Numbered from the stretch's first letter, positions 21,126 through 30,000 are shown. The stretch is 46,602 nucleotides of DNA from an uncultured Clostridia bacterium (GCA_946625545.1 CAMOTC010000001.1:1-46602); one strand, 5' to 3'. The notes: generated by a model not told the origin, from the sequence alone. Program-made: numbers and translations.

Positions 21126-22646
21126 TTACAGTAGATAATCTCGTGGGAGATCACTCATAATGAGTAGGACGTCCCCTGCTCTGAGTATCTCGCCGAATAA
21201 GATAGACGCCTCCTGCGTATCCTTTACACGGTAAATCGTCCTCTTTTCGCCGATACCCCGGATCACCTCATCGCCGTATCGACCCTCCGCGACGATGACG
21301 ATATCTGCGACTTTCGCGATCTTTTCCCCGAGCTCTCGATTGTAACGCACTTCCTCCGCCCCGAGCTCCACGATCCCCGAAGTATAGACCACCTTTCGAG
21401 TTCCCTCAAATTCTCTCAATGAATCGAGAGCAACGCCTGCCCCCACGGGATTGATATTATAACTGTCATCGATGACGGTAACGCTCCCACGTTTGACGAT
21501 CTCAAAGCGATGCGGCGGCGCCGTAGCCCTTTCACCCGCCACGGGGAGATAATCCCACGAGAGTCCCATTTCCACCGCTAAAGCGCAAGCGAGCGCAAAA
21601 TTGATCACGCACGCCTTCCCCACTGCGGGCAGATGCAATCGTACTGACTTATCCCCTTTGGAGAAAGTAAAGGACGAGCCTTGCGCGGTAAAACTTTCCT
21701 CCGAGATCAGATAATCAGCATGATCGTATCCGACCCCGACCTTGCCTCCCACGCGCGAGTCATACAACGATCTGACGAGCGGATCGGTGAGATTATAAAA
21801 GACGAGTCCCTCTCTCCCTACGCGTTCCGCGAGTACGTTCTTTTCCGATAAGATGTCGTCGATACTCCCAAAGGTCTCGAGGTGCTGTGGTGCGATCCCG
21901 GTAATGACGCCGACATTGGGATAGACAATATCGCAGAGTTCGCTGATATCTCCTCTCTTGCGTGCGCCCATCTCGAGTATATATATCTCTTCCCGCCCTG
22001 TCGCATTTTGGAGCGCTCTCGCTATCCCGAGCGGCGTATTGTAGTTTTCGGGTGTAACAAATACGTCATACCGAAAAGAGAGAAGCAAGTCGAGATAGTG
22101 TTTCACGCTCGTCTTTCCGTAACTCCCCGTCACCCCGATCTTGATCCCCGCCCTCTCGCGAAGGATAGATGCCGCTCTCGCGATATATCGGCGGTTATTT
22201 CTATTCTCTATCGGCAACATCAGGAGATTTGTCAGAGCGAGTGATAAAGGCGCAAGCGCAGGCGTCACCGCCCACAGCCCTCCGAGCGATAGAAAATGCA
22301 GGAATAAGACCAAGAGGATATAGATCGGCAGATGCACAAGGAGGAGCCGTATCAGCCGCGCCGTATAGTTCACCACATTTTTTATCAAATGATGAATGAC
22401 AAATATGAATATACCGGTGAATAGATACATGACTCCCGTCAATAGTTTTATGAGCCACGCTTTTGCAAGAGATATAATGAGTATTTCGAGAGTCGCGGAG
22501 AGCAAGAAATAAACGCCGCAGGCGACAAGATACTTTCTCGCGCGGAGGAATGCTCTCGTGTGATATCCTCCCCCTTGAAGGACAGATGCAAAAGGAAGGG
22601 AGAGATAATAGGAAAAACAAAGCGAGACGATAATCGATACGATCAT
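21126..22646 (-). CDS. murF: MurF-type Mur ligase (UDP-MurNAc-tripeptide--D-Ala-D-Ala ligase) with a hydrophobic N-terminal region
   Basis: P-loop GVTGSYGKTS at residues ~171-180, plus NYNTPLGIA, ILEMGARKRGDI, DDSYNINP and a C-terminal ELG motif. Residues 1-145 form 4-5 predicted TM helices. ddl lies immediately downstream. Confidence 0.75.
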   Translation of the reverse strand: MIVSIIVSLCFSYYLSLPFASVLQGGGYHTRAFLRARKYLVACGVYFLLSATLEILIISLAKAWLIKLLTGVMYLFTGIFIFVIHHLIKNVVNYTARLIRLLLVHLPIYILLVLFLHFLSLGGLWAVTPALAPLSLALTNLLMLPIENRNNRRYIARAASILRERAGIKIGVTGSYGKTSVKHYLDLLLSFRYDVFVTPENYNTPLGIARALQNATGREEIYILEMGARKRGDISELCDIVYPNVGVITGIAPQHLETFGSIDDILSEKNVLAERVGREGLVFYNLTDPLVRSLYDSRVGGKVGVGYDHADYLISEESFTAQGSSFTFSKGDKSVRLHLPAVGKACVINFALACALAVEMGLSWDYLPVAGERATAPPHRFEIVKRGSVTVIDDSYNINPVGAGVALDSLREFEGTRKVVYTSGIVELGAEEVRYNRELGEKIAKVADIVIVAEGRYGDEVIRGIGEKRTIYRVKDTQEASILFGEILRAGDVLLIMSDLPRDYLL

Positions 22647-23317
22647 ACTCTATCCCGAAATGCGCGAATCAGCGAGGTGACGAGTCCCGCATTGGAAAGA
22701 TAGGCGAAATGTCCCCCTTCCAAAAGGATCACTTCGCTATCGCGAATACTTTTCTTGAGCTTTTTACACATATAGAGAGGAGTATCTTTATCCTCTCTGC
22801 CCCATATCAAAAGCGTCGGGATCGTGATGCGCCTTGCATCAGTAAGATTGCTCTCATTGACGACATTGACAAATGTCTTTTTCATCACGCTAGAGAGCGC
22901 GGCATAATCTACGCTCCCCTTCGGGAGATGCTTCAAATGCAGTTTTTTACCTATCTTATAGGCGACGACTTTGAGATAATAGGATAGCCCTCTGCGAGGG
23001 GGGACCCCAGCGCTGTCTATGAGTACGATCCCTGCGACGATGGGGTCTTTTGCGGCGATACGCATCGCAACGCGCCCACCGAAAGAATGTCCGACGAGGA
23101 CAACGTCCTCTGCACCGCATTTACATATAAGGTCACGGACTCCCTCGGCATAATCGTCCAAGGTCAAGGGATAGGACGGATGCGGCGTCCTACCAAAACC
23201 GTACATATCGGGAATGATCACTCTGAAACGTGGTGCGAGCCTGTCGGCGATCGTGCGAAAGGAGGCTATTTCTCCGCCCCACCCGTGCAAAAAGACAAGG
23301 CACTTGCCTTCTCCCAT
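22643..23317 (-). CDS. Alpha/beta-fold hydrolase
   Basis: Has HGWGG and the nucleophile elbow GHSFGG. The true start may be the in-frame AUC at 23332 (see findings). Confidence 0.8.
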   Translation of the reverse strand: MGEGKCLVFLHGWGGEIASFRTIADRLAPRFRVIIPDMYGFGRTPHPSYPLTLDDYAEGVRDLICKCGAEDVVLVGHSFGGRVAMRIAAKDPIVAGIVLIDSAGVPPRRGLSYYLKVVAYKIGKKLHLKHLPKGSVDYAALSSVMKKTFVNVVNESNLTDARRITIPTLLIWGREDKDTPLYMCKKLKKSIRDSEVILLEGGHFAYLSNAGLVTSLIRAFRDRV

Positions 23318-23342
23318 GTCGTAATAGTTGATAGCTGCCTCC

Positions 23343-23783
23343 TTATAGCTCCAACCAGTAAATGAGCGCGTTTTCCTTATCGGTATAGTAATGGGGACGA
23401 ATTCCGACCGAGTGGAAGCCGTACTTCTCGTACAGTTTGATCGCGGGGAGATTGCTCTCTCTGACCTCCAGCGTCACTGCGCGCACGGATAATGCGCGTC
23501 CTCGCTCCAAGAGGTGCTCGATGAGAGCGCTCCCGACCTTTCTCCCACGATAGGACGGATCGACCGCTACATTCAATATATGCAGCTCGTCTAAAATGTG
23601 CAAAAAACCGTAATAACCGATAATAGAATGATTGATCTCAACTACAAAAAAAGAAGATAGCGGTTCCCGCATCTCGGAGAGGATCATCTCCTCCGTCCAG
23701 GGAGTGGAAAAGGAGAGTCTCTCGATACGAGCGATCTCGGAGACGTCACTCTCCGCAGCCTCTCTCAGTATATGATCACTCAT
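23343..23783 (-). CDS. rimI: Ribosomal-protein-alanine N-acetyltransferase (GNAT)
   Basis: 146 aa with a GNAT fold (RGRKVGSALIEHLL). It sits in the canonical tsaE-tsaB-rimI context and has an ATGA overlap with tsaB. Confidence 0.8.
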   Translation of the reverse strand: MSDHILREAAESDVSEIARIERLSFSTPWTEEMILSEMREPLSSFFVVEINHSIIGYYGFLHILDELHILNVAVDPSYRGRKVGSALIEHLLERGRALSVRAVTLEVRESNLPAIKLYEKYGFHSVGIRPHYYTDKENALIYWLEL

Positions 23784-24376
23784 GACTTCCCTTCCTTCAA
23801 GCGCTCGGCTTGGGACTTTCGCATATAGTTCGGCTTGAGATATGGGGTCTCGGCAGTCGGCGCGCAGGAGCTGTACTCCTTGTCCGCAAATGCCTTACGG
23901 AGAGCAAGGAGCGCGCCTCTCGGGAGGTCATCGAGGATCGACGACTGGTCGATCGTCCCTTCGGGGAGAAGGTTTTTCTCCATATTATCCTGATAGAGTG
24001 ATCCCCCTTTCACGATGGCGACGTAAGCGCTGTCGTGGCCTGCGTCGATCATATATGCGGGCGCATTCGGACATGCGTAGCGCATCACCTCAAAGGAAGT
24101 GACCGCAAAACGCGGGAGAGACTGCGCGAAGGCGAAAGCATTGGCAAAAGTGACCCCGATCCTGATCCCCGTAAAGGAACCGGGACCGACAACTGCGGCG
24201 ATCCCATCGAGATCATTGGGGGAGATAGAGAGCGCCTCGAGGACCGCCTCACAGGCGGGGATCAAGGCAGACTGCGTCGAGAGGCTCGCGTCGAAATAGC
24301 GGATCTCTTCCCTCTCGCCGTCAAAAGCGGCGACGTAGGATCTCTTCAGTGTAGTGTCGAGGATCAGTCCTTTCAT
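23780..24376 (-). CDS. tsaB: tRNA t6A37 threonylcarbamoyl-transfer complex protein TsaB (YeaZ)
   Basis: 198 aa with VGPGSFTGIRIGV. Flanked by tsaE and rimI. An AGGAGA SD is present. Confidence 0.85.
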   Translation of the reverse strand: MKGLILDTTLKRSYVAAFDGEREEIRYFDASLSTQSALIPACEAVLEALSISPNDLDGIAAVVGPGSFTGIRIGVTFANAFAFAQSLPRFAVTSFEVMRYACPNAPAYMIDAGHDSAYVAIVKGGSLYQDNMEKNLLPEGTIDQSSILDDLPRGALLALRKAFADKEYSSCAPTAETPYLKPNYMRKSQAERLKEGKS

Positions 24377-24385
24377 TTCTGTCTC

Positions 24386-24799
24386 CTATTGGATTCTCGG
24401 ATCGGAGATCGTGATCTTTCGTCCTTCTCCGTGATACTCTAAGCGAACGTCGAAAACTCGTGCGTGGATGTCCTCCGTGCGACACCACTCGATCACCGAT
24501 ATACCGTCCGCCTTGCCAAGGTACTCCTCCAGTCCGAGCTCGGAGAGATCATCGGACAGGCGATACATATCCATATGATAAAGATAGAGATTTTCGCCGC
24601 GATACTCCTTGATGATCGTAAAGGTCGGAGAGGTGACCTGTTCCTTGACCCCGAGGGCGAGAGCGATACCCTTTGTAAAAGTGGTCTTTCCCGCACCGAG
24701 CTCGCCAGACAAGAGGACGACGTCTCCCCCTCGCAGGTTCTCTGCGAAGCGTTCCGCCGCGGCGATGGTCTCTTCCCTTGTCTGTGCGAATATCTCCAT
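24386..24799 (-). CDS. tsaE: tRNA t6A37 ATPase TsaE (YjeE)
   Basis: 137 aa. Has Walker A GELGAGKTTFTKG, SPTFTI and YHMDMYRL motifs. Confidence 0.88.
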   Translation of the reverse strand: MEIFAQTREETIAAAERFAENLRGGDVVLLSGELGAGKTTFTKGIALALGVKEQVTSPTFTIIKEYRGENLYLYHMDMYRLSDDLSELGLEEYLGKADGISVIEWCRTEDIHARVFDVRLEYHGEGRKITISDPRIQ

Positions 24800-24805
24800 A
24801 CCTTG

Positions 24806-24834
24806 ATTATAGCTGTATTAAGCGCAATTTGCAA
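24806..24834 (-). promoter_or_regulatory. Near-consensus promoter TTGCAA-17-TATAAT, placed for a leaderless tsaE operon mRNA
   Basis: Minus strand has TTGCAA (24834-24829) and TATAAT (24811-24806). Only 6 nt (caaggt) separate the -10 from the ATG at 24799, and there is no SD. Confidence 0.65.
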
Positions 24835-24892
24835 CGGTTTTCCCAAGAGAATGAGGATAGCGTCTTTTTTTCGGAGAAAGCCAAATTTCTTC

Positions 24893-24921
24893 TTGACTTT
24901 CCGATCATCGGGGACTACAGT
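24893..24921 (+). promoter_or_regulatory. Putative promoter of the FMN riboswitch-ribU unit
   Basis: TTGACT (24893-24898), a 17-nt spacer, then TACAGT (24916-24921). Confidence 0.4.
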
Positions 24922-24929
24922 ATAGGTAG

Positions 24930-25096
24930 ATACATTTTAGGGCGGAGTGAAAGTCTCCACCGGTGGTATAGTCCACGAGCCCGCAAGGGTTGAGCAGGGG
25001 CGGTTCCTGCACCGACGGTATAGTCCGGATGAAGCAAAATGTTCTTTTTTATTGTTTCGCCTGTCTATGCCTTGAATTGTATTCGAGGCTTTTTTA
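24930..25096 (+). promoter_or_regulatory. FMN riboswitch (RFN element) with terminator expression platform
   Basis: The aptamer core AGGGCGGAGUGAAAGUCUCCACCGGUGGUAUAGUCCACGAGCC ... CACCGACGGUAUAGUCCGGAUGAAG matches the RFN consensus. P1 pairs ACAUUUU with AAAAUGU (24932-25041). A terminator GCCUUGAA-uugua-UUCGAGGC plus U6 lies at 25069-25096, 3 nt before the SD. Confidence 0.9.
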
Positions 25097-25108
25097 TTGG
25101 AGGCTGCT

Positions 25109-25837
25109 ATGAGCGCAAAAGATACTCTGAAATCATTTCGCAAGAAGATCACCCCTGCCTATCTCACTAAGCTGGCGGTATTGACGGCGATCTCATTTAT
25201 CCTCTACTTCTTCGCGAAGTTCAGCCTTCCCTTCATCTTCCCGAGTTTCCTCGATATGCAGTTCTCCGAGCTCCCTGCTATCCTTGCGGGCTTTTCGCTG
25301 GGTCCTGTGGCGGGCGTTTTGGTCATTATCCTCAAATGCCTTTTGAAGTTCCCCTTCACGAGCACGGCTTTCGTCGGAGAGCTCACCGATATGGTGCTCG
25401 GCATCCTCTACGTGCTGCCCGCATCTATCATTTACTATCGTGATAAAAACAAAAAAAATGCCTTAAAAGGCTTGCTGATCGGAACTATCGCTTCCACCGT
25501 AGGGGCTTTGATCCTGAACCGCTTTGTATCCGTCCCCTTTTACGTTGATTTTTTCTTCCACGGAAACTTTGACGTGATCGTGAATATGTGCAAACCGCTC
25601 TACCCCTCCGTCACGAGAAGCACCTTTTATCTCTATTATCTCTCCGCCGCAGTCTTCCCCTTCAACGTCCTGCGACTCTTTATCGTCAGCTTTTTGACCT
25701 TCCTCGTATATAAGCGCATCTCAAAGATACTGCATTGGGAGATAAAGAGCCGAAAGGATCAGCCGGAAGATCAAGCCGATAATCGGGCCGAGAGCACGCC
25801 CGATAACGAGCCCGCAGATTTAAAAAACGAAGATTAA
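25109..25837 (+). CDS. ribU: Riboflavin ECF-transporter S component
   Basis: The segment LDMQFSELPAILAGFSLGPVAGVLVIILKCLL parallels B. subtilis RibU (YpaA). About 6 TM helices, and it sits behind an FMN riboswitch. I prefer the ATG at 25109 (GGAGG 5 nt upstream) over the TTG at 25097. Acidic C-terminal tail. Confidence 0.88.
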   Translation: MSAKDTLKSFRKKITPAYLTKLAVLTAISFILYFFAKFSLPFIFPSFLDMQFSELPAILAGFSLGPVAGVLVIILKCLLKFPFTSTAFVGELTDMVLGILYVLPASIIYYRDKNKKNALKGLLIGTIASTVGALILNRFVSVPFYVDFFFHGNFDVIVNMCKPLYPSVTRSTFYLYYLSAAVFPFNVLRLFIVSFLTFLVYKRISKILHWEIKSRKDQPEDQADNRAESTPDNEPADLKNED

Positions 25838-25853
25838 TCGTATTGTAATAAAA

Positions 25854-25908
25854 AGTCCCGAGGGATTCTGAAGTGCATTTTGGAGGTGCACTTCAATTCC
25901 TCGGGACT
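25854..25908. terminator. Long bidirectional terminator hairpin between ribU and nfnB
   Basis: AGTCCCGAGG...GAAGTGCA-loop-TGCACTTC...CCTCGGGACT. Flanked by AATAAAA on the left and ATTTTATTT on the right, which gives a U-tract on both strands. Confidence 0.8.
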
Positions 25909-25929
25909 ATTTTATTTCAGAAAAGGAAA

Positions 25930-27342
25930 TTATTTCGCCGAGATATACTCGTCGATCGCCTTTGCCGCGACCTTACCTGCGCCCATCGCGGAGATGACGG
26001 TAGCCGCGCCCGTGACGGCGTCGCCGCCCGCATAGACAGCCACACGAGAGGTGAGACCATCTTCATTCACAATAATACCGCCGTGACTATTCACGTCCAA
26101 GCCCTCCGTCGTATTTTTGAGGAGAGGATTGGGCGAAGTACCGATCGCCATAATGACGACGTCGAGGTCGATGTCAAACTCCGAGCCTTCGATGGGTACG
26201 GGGCGCCTTCTCCCCTTCTGATCGGGCTCACCGAGTTCCATCTTGATACAGCGGATACCCGTGACCGATCCGTTCTTAGGATCGCGAGGATCGGCGTCGT
26301 TATGATAACCGAGGATCTCGGTCGGATTGGTGAGGAGACGGAATTCGATCCCCTCCTCCATCGCGTGCTCGACCTCCTCCTTTCTCGCGGGAAGCTCCTC
26401 GATGGAACGGCGATAAACGATATACACCTTTTCCGCACCGAGGCGCAGAGCCGTACGCGCCGCATCCATCGCCACGTTGCCACCGCCGACGACGGCGACC
26501 TTACCGCCCTTCATGATGGGGGTATCGGGATCATCCTTGTACGCCTTCATCAAGTTGCTTCTCGTCAAAAACTCATTTGCGGAATACACTCCTTTCAAGG
26601 ACTCGCCGGGGATATTCATAAAGTTCGGGAGACCTGCGCCCGATCCGATAAAGACCGCTTCGTAGCCCATCTCAAAGAGCTCGTCAACGGTGAGCGTCTT
26701 GCCGATCACGACGTTGGTCATGATCTCGACGCCGAGCGCCTTCAAAGTATCGACCTCTTTCTGCACGATGCTCTTCGGGAGACGAAACTCGGGGATACCG
26801 TACACCAAAACGCCGCCTGCAAGATGGAGCGCCTCAAAAACGGTTACCTTATACCCTTTCTTTGCGAGATCGCCCGCACAGGTCAGTCCCGAAGGACCGG
26901 AACCGATGACAGCCACCTTGTGACCGTTCGGCGCGGGAGCTACAGGAGCTTCGGTGCAAAAGGCGTTATGATAATCGGCGATAAACCTCTCAAGTCTGCC
27001 GATACCCACGCTCTCTCCCTTGATGCCGCGTACGCACTTGCTCTCGCACTGCGTCTCCTGCGGACACACTCTGCCGCAAACTGCGGGGAGAGAGGAAGTC
27101 TGCGTAATGACCTTGTATGCACCCTCAAAGTCCATCTCGCGGATTTTGGCGATAAACTCGGGGATATGTATATTGACGGGACAGCCGCCGACGCAAGGCA
27201 TCGTCTTGCAGTTCAAGCAGCGATTGGCTTCGTCCACGGCGACGCTTTCCTCGTATCCGAGAGCGACCTCGCTGAAATTATGCGCGCGAACTTCGGGCGC
27301 TTGTGTGGGCATTTCGTTTTTCTTGGGATTCATATTCGGCAT
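25930..27342 (-). CDS. nfnB: NfnB-type subunit (GltD-like NADPH-binding FAD/[4Fe-4S] oxidoreductase) of NADH-dependent ferredoxin:NADP+ oxidoreductase
   Basis: Cys clusters CLNCKTMPCVGGCP and CGRVCPQETQCESKC, dinucleotide folds VAVIGSGPSGL and VAVVGGGNVAMD, and pairing with a PyrK-like subunit. I prefer the start at 27342 because a GGGGGTG SD precedes it. Confidence 0.82.
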   Translation of the reverse strand: MPNMNPKKNEMPTQAPEVRAHNFSEVALGYEESVAVDEANRCLNCKTMPCVGGCPVNIHIPEFIAKIREMDFEGAYKVITQTSSLPAVCGRVCPQETQCESKCVRGIKGESVGIGRLERFIADYHNAFCTEAPVAPAPNGHKVAVIGSGPSGLTCAGDLAKKGYKVTVFEALHLAGGVLVYGIPEFRLPKSIVQKEVDTLKALGVEIMTNVVIGKTLTVDELFEMGYEAVFIGSGAGLPNFMNIPGESLKGVYSANEFLTRSNLMKAYKDDPDTPIMKGGKVAVVGGGNVAMDAARTALRLGAEKVYIVYRRSIEELPARKEEVEHAMEEGIEFRLLTNPTEILGYHNDADPRDPKNGSVTGIRCIKMELGEPDQKGRRRPVPIEGSEFDIDLDVVIMAIGTSPNPLLKNTTEGLDVNSHGGIIVNEDGLTSRVAVYAGGDAVTGAATVISAMGAGKVAAKAIDEYISAK

Positions 27343-27344
27343 AA

Positions 27345-28193
27345 TCACACCCCCTTGTAGAGATTGCACACTTTCTCGTGCACCTTGCGCTCAAACTCGA
27401 AGTAAGTCCTACCGCGGCTCATCGCCTCGTCGAAATCTACCTCGTATCCATTGAAATCGGGACCATCCACGCAGGCAAACTTCGTGACGCGCTTGCCGTC
27501 TTGATTCAACGTCAAACGGCAACCGCCGCACATCCCCGTGCCGTCGATCATAATGGGGTTCATCGAAACGGTGACAGGCACGCCGTAGGGCTTCGCCGTC
27601 AAGGTCACGAACTTCATCATGATAAGGGGTCCGATCGTGATGATCATATCAAACTGCTCTCCCGCATCCAGCATCTCTTTTAGCGGCACCGTAACGTTGC
27701 CATGTCTCGCGTAGGAGCCATCGTCCGTCATGACGATGAGCTTGTCCGAGCACGCCTTAAACTCGTCTTCGAGGATGAGGAGATCCTTGTTGCGGAAGCC
27801 GATCACGCTCGTGACCTCGGTGCCCTGCGCGTGCAGAGCCTCGGCAACGGGAAGCGCGATAGCACAGCCGACGCCACCACCGATCACGCAGACTTTCTTG
27901 AGTCCTGCGATATGGGTGGGCATACCGAGCGGACCGACAAAGTCCTGTATGTACTCCCCTTCGGCTTTATGATTCAGCTTTTCGGTAGTCGCGCCGACGA
28001 TCTGGAAGATGATCTTCACGCCGCCTGTCGCATTGTCGGTGCCGGCGATGGTCAGAGGGATCCTCTCCCCTTCTTCATCCACGCGGAGAATGATAAACTG
28101 TCCCGCTTTCGCCTTTTTCGCGACAAGGGGCGCCTCGATCTCCATCATGGTAACGGTGGGATTCAAACTCTTTTTCTTCAAAATTTTATACAT
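27345..28193 (-). CDS. nfnA: NfnA-type subunit (PyrK/sulfide dehydrogenase-like FAD/NAD-binding [2Fe-2S] protein)
   Basis: Ferredoxin-reductase-type fold with C-terminal GMCGGCR...C. I prefer the start at 28193 (MYKILKKK) because GAGGT lies 7 nt upstream. The ORF track starts at 28265. Confidence 0.82.
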   Translation of the reverse strand: MYKILKKKSLNPTVTMMEIEAPLVAKKAKAGQFIILRVDEEGERIPLTIAGTDNATGGVKIIFQIVGATTEKLNHKAEGEYIQDFVGPLGMPTHIAGLKKVCVIGGGVGCAIALPVAEALHAQGTEVTSVIGFRNKDLLILEDEFKACSDKLIVMTDDGSYARHGNVTVPLKEMLDAGEQFDMIITIGPLIMMKFVTLTAKPYGVPVTVSMNPIMIDGTGMCGGCRLTLNQDGKRVTKFACVDGPDFNGYEVDFDEAMSRGRTYFEFERKVHEKVCNLYKGV

Positions 28194-28214
28194 ATCGTTT
28201 ACCTCGATAAAGTA

Positions 28215-28243
28215 ATTATATACTGCTCTCGTCCGCTCGTCAA
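28215..28243 (-). promoter_or_regulatory. Promoter of nfnAB, TTGACG-17-TATAAT
   Basis: Minus strand has TTGACG (28243-28238) and TATAAT (28220-28215). Confidence 0.65.
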
Positions 28244-28298
28244 CACAAGACGCAGGCGGCTGCAAGAAATGACTATATATGGGCTATAAAGCCATCCA

Positions 28299-29222
28299 CT
28301 ACCTAAGGAAACCGTTGATGATCTGCTCTTCAGCCTCTTCCGCCGTGAGTCCGAGGGTCATCAGCTTGACGAGCTGTTCTCCCGCGATCTTACCGATCGC
28401 CGCTTCGTGCATCAGCGCCGCATCCACGTGATTTGCCTGAAGCCCCGGAACTGCGAGGATCCTGCCGCGATCCATGATGATGGAGTCGCACTCGGTGTGT
28501 CCGTAGCAAGGGGCATTTCCGATGATCTTTGCATCGAATTTCTGGAAGGAATCATCGCGAGCGACCGAACGAGAGACGACGTCGGCACTGCTATTTTCCC
28601 CCTCCAACACGACCTCGTAGGTACTGACGGCATTTTGATCATCGTGGGTCATGAGCCTCTCGCGCGCCACGAGCTTAGCATTCTCTTTCAACGAGGCGAT
28701 TGTCTTTCTTTCGGTGTCGTCCACACCCTTGATCTGCACCATCTCCATCGTCATCTCGGCGCCTTCGTCGAGATAGGCTTCGGTCACGGGATTCAGAATG
28801 CGCTTTCCTTTGCCGCTACCCGAACCGTAATGCTTTTCAACGTAACGGACTTTCGCCCCCTTCTTCAAAAAGAAGCGATGCACGCCGTCGTGCTCGGAGT
28901 CTGCCGTACCGCAATTATCGATACCGCACCCCGCAACAATGAGCACGTCCGCACCTTCTCCGACGTAGAAATCGTTGTAGACGACCTCCTTGAGCCCACT
29001 CTTTGTAAGGACGACGGGGATATGAACGCTCTCGTTCTTTGTCCCGGGAAGGATCTCGATATCGATACCGCTGACATCCTTTTTGGGGGTGATCACGATA
29101 TGTTCGGTGGAGCGGCGACCGATCGCCTGAGAGTCGGAACGGATATTATACGCGCCCTCGGGCACGCCGTGAAGATCTGCGATCTCATCCAATAAACGCA
29201 ACTGTATCTCGTCGAACTTCAT
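28299..29222 (-). CDS. SufB/SufD-family Fe-S cluster assembly scaffold protein (short form)
   Basis: 307 aa. The C-terminal ...HEAAIGKIAGEQLVKLMTLGLTAEEAEEQIINGF is typical of SufB/SufD. It is translationally coupled to sufC by a 4-nt overlap. Confidence 0.8.
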   Translation of the reverse strand: MKFDEIQLRLLDEIADLHGVPEGAYNIRSDSQAIGRRSTEHIVITPKKDVSGIDIEILPGTKNESVHIPVVLTKSGLKEVVYNDFYVGEGADVLIVAGCGIDNCGTADSEHDGVHRFFLKKGAKVRYVEKHYGSGSGKGKRILNPVTEAYLDEGAEMTMEMVQIKGVDDTERKTIASLKENAKLVARERLMTHDDQNAVSTYEVVLEGENSSADVVSRSVARDDSFQKFDAKIIGNAPCYGHTECDSIIMDRGRILAVPGLQANHVDAALMHEAAIGKIAGEQLVKLMTLGLTAEEAEEQIINGFLR

Positions 29223-29965
29223 ACGTCCTCCTTATTGCCGGCGCCCGTGCAGAAATTCGAGACGCTCGCTGAGCCGAGGAGGGTGGGCAAGATCTCCTCT
29301 TTGGAGCCTCTGCGCTTTACCCTGCCGCCGTCGATGACGACGATCTCGTCCGCTACGTTCAATATACGCTCTTGGTGTGAGATAATGATAATGGAACCAT
29401 CGCGAATGTCGCGACGCATATCTTCAAAAACTTTGATGAGATTATTAAAACTCCAGAGGTCGATCCCCGCCTCGGGCTCGTCAAAAATGGAGAGCTTGGT
29501 CGCACGAGAGAGGATCTCGGCGATCTCGATACGCTTGAGCTCGCCGCCCGAAAGGCTGGCATTCAGCTCACGGTCGATATAGTCGCGTGCGCAGAGACCG
29601 ACGGAGGACAAATAGAGACAAGCGTCTCCGACGGAGAGATGCTTTCCGCTCGCGATACGCAGGAGGTCGATGACTTTGAGCCCCTTAAACTTGACAGGTT
29701 GCTGAAAAGCGAAGGAGATCCCCCGCTTCGCGCGCTCGGTGATGGAGAGATCGGTCACGTCCTCGCCGTTGAAAAGGATGCTGCCCGCAGTGGGCTTCTC
29801 GATCCCCATGATCAACTTCGCGAGAGTGGACTTACCGCCGCCGTTGGGACCTGTGATCACGACAAGCTTTCCATCAGGGACGACAAGATCGACCCCTCGA
29901 ATGATCTCTTTTTCGCTACCCGTCTCCTCTGATACGGTAAATGAAAGGTTCTTTAGTTCTAACAT
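29219..29965 (-). CDS. sufC: SufC-type Fe-S cluster assembly ATPase
   Basis: Walker A GPNGGGKSTL, signature LSGGELKRIEIA, Walker B IFDEPEAGIDL. A GAGAGGAA SD is present. Confidence 0.85.
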   Translation of the reverse strand: MLELKNLSFTVSEETGSEKEIIRGVDLVVPDGKLVVITGPNGGGKSTLAKLIMGIEKPTAGSILFNGEDVTDLSITERAKRGISFAFQQPVKFKGLKVIDLLRIASGKHLSVGDACLYLSSVGLCARDYIDRELNASLSGGELKRIEIAEILSRATKLSIFDEPEAGIDLWSFNNLIKVFEDMRRDIRDGSIIIISHQERILNVADEIVVIDGGRVKRRGSKEEILPTLLGSASVSNFCTGAGNKEDV

Positions 29966-29978
29966 AATTCCTCTCGGG

Positions 29979-30000
29979 ATAATTATTCTTCAATAATTAT
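29979..30000. promoter_or_regulatory. Perfect 9-4-9 AT-rich inverted repeat overlapping the sufCB -10 element (candidate operator)
   Basis: ATAATTATT-cttc-AATAATTAT. The minus-strand TATAAT (30001-29996) overlaps the right arm. A -35-like aaGACA lies at 30024-30019. Confidence 0.5.

Noticed and set aside
20043-22646. Interpreting ddl plus the atypical murF as a van-type glycopeptide-resistance cluster.
   Set aside because: No vanH-like dehydrogenase, vanX/Y peptidase or vanRS two-component genes are adjacent. The genes sit in a housekeeping tsaE-tsaB-rimI operon. D-Ala-D-Lac versus D-Ala-D-Ala specificity cannot be judged by eye.
25097-25108. The TTG start at 25097 for ribU, as given in the ORF track (MEAAM...).
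   Set aside because: The TTG overlaps the GGAGG SD itself (25099-25103). The ATG at 25109 lies 5 nt after that SD and is the more plausible start.
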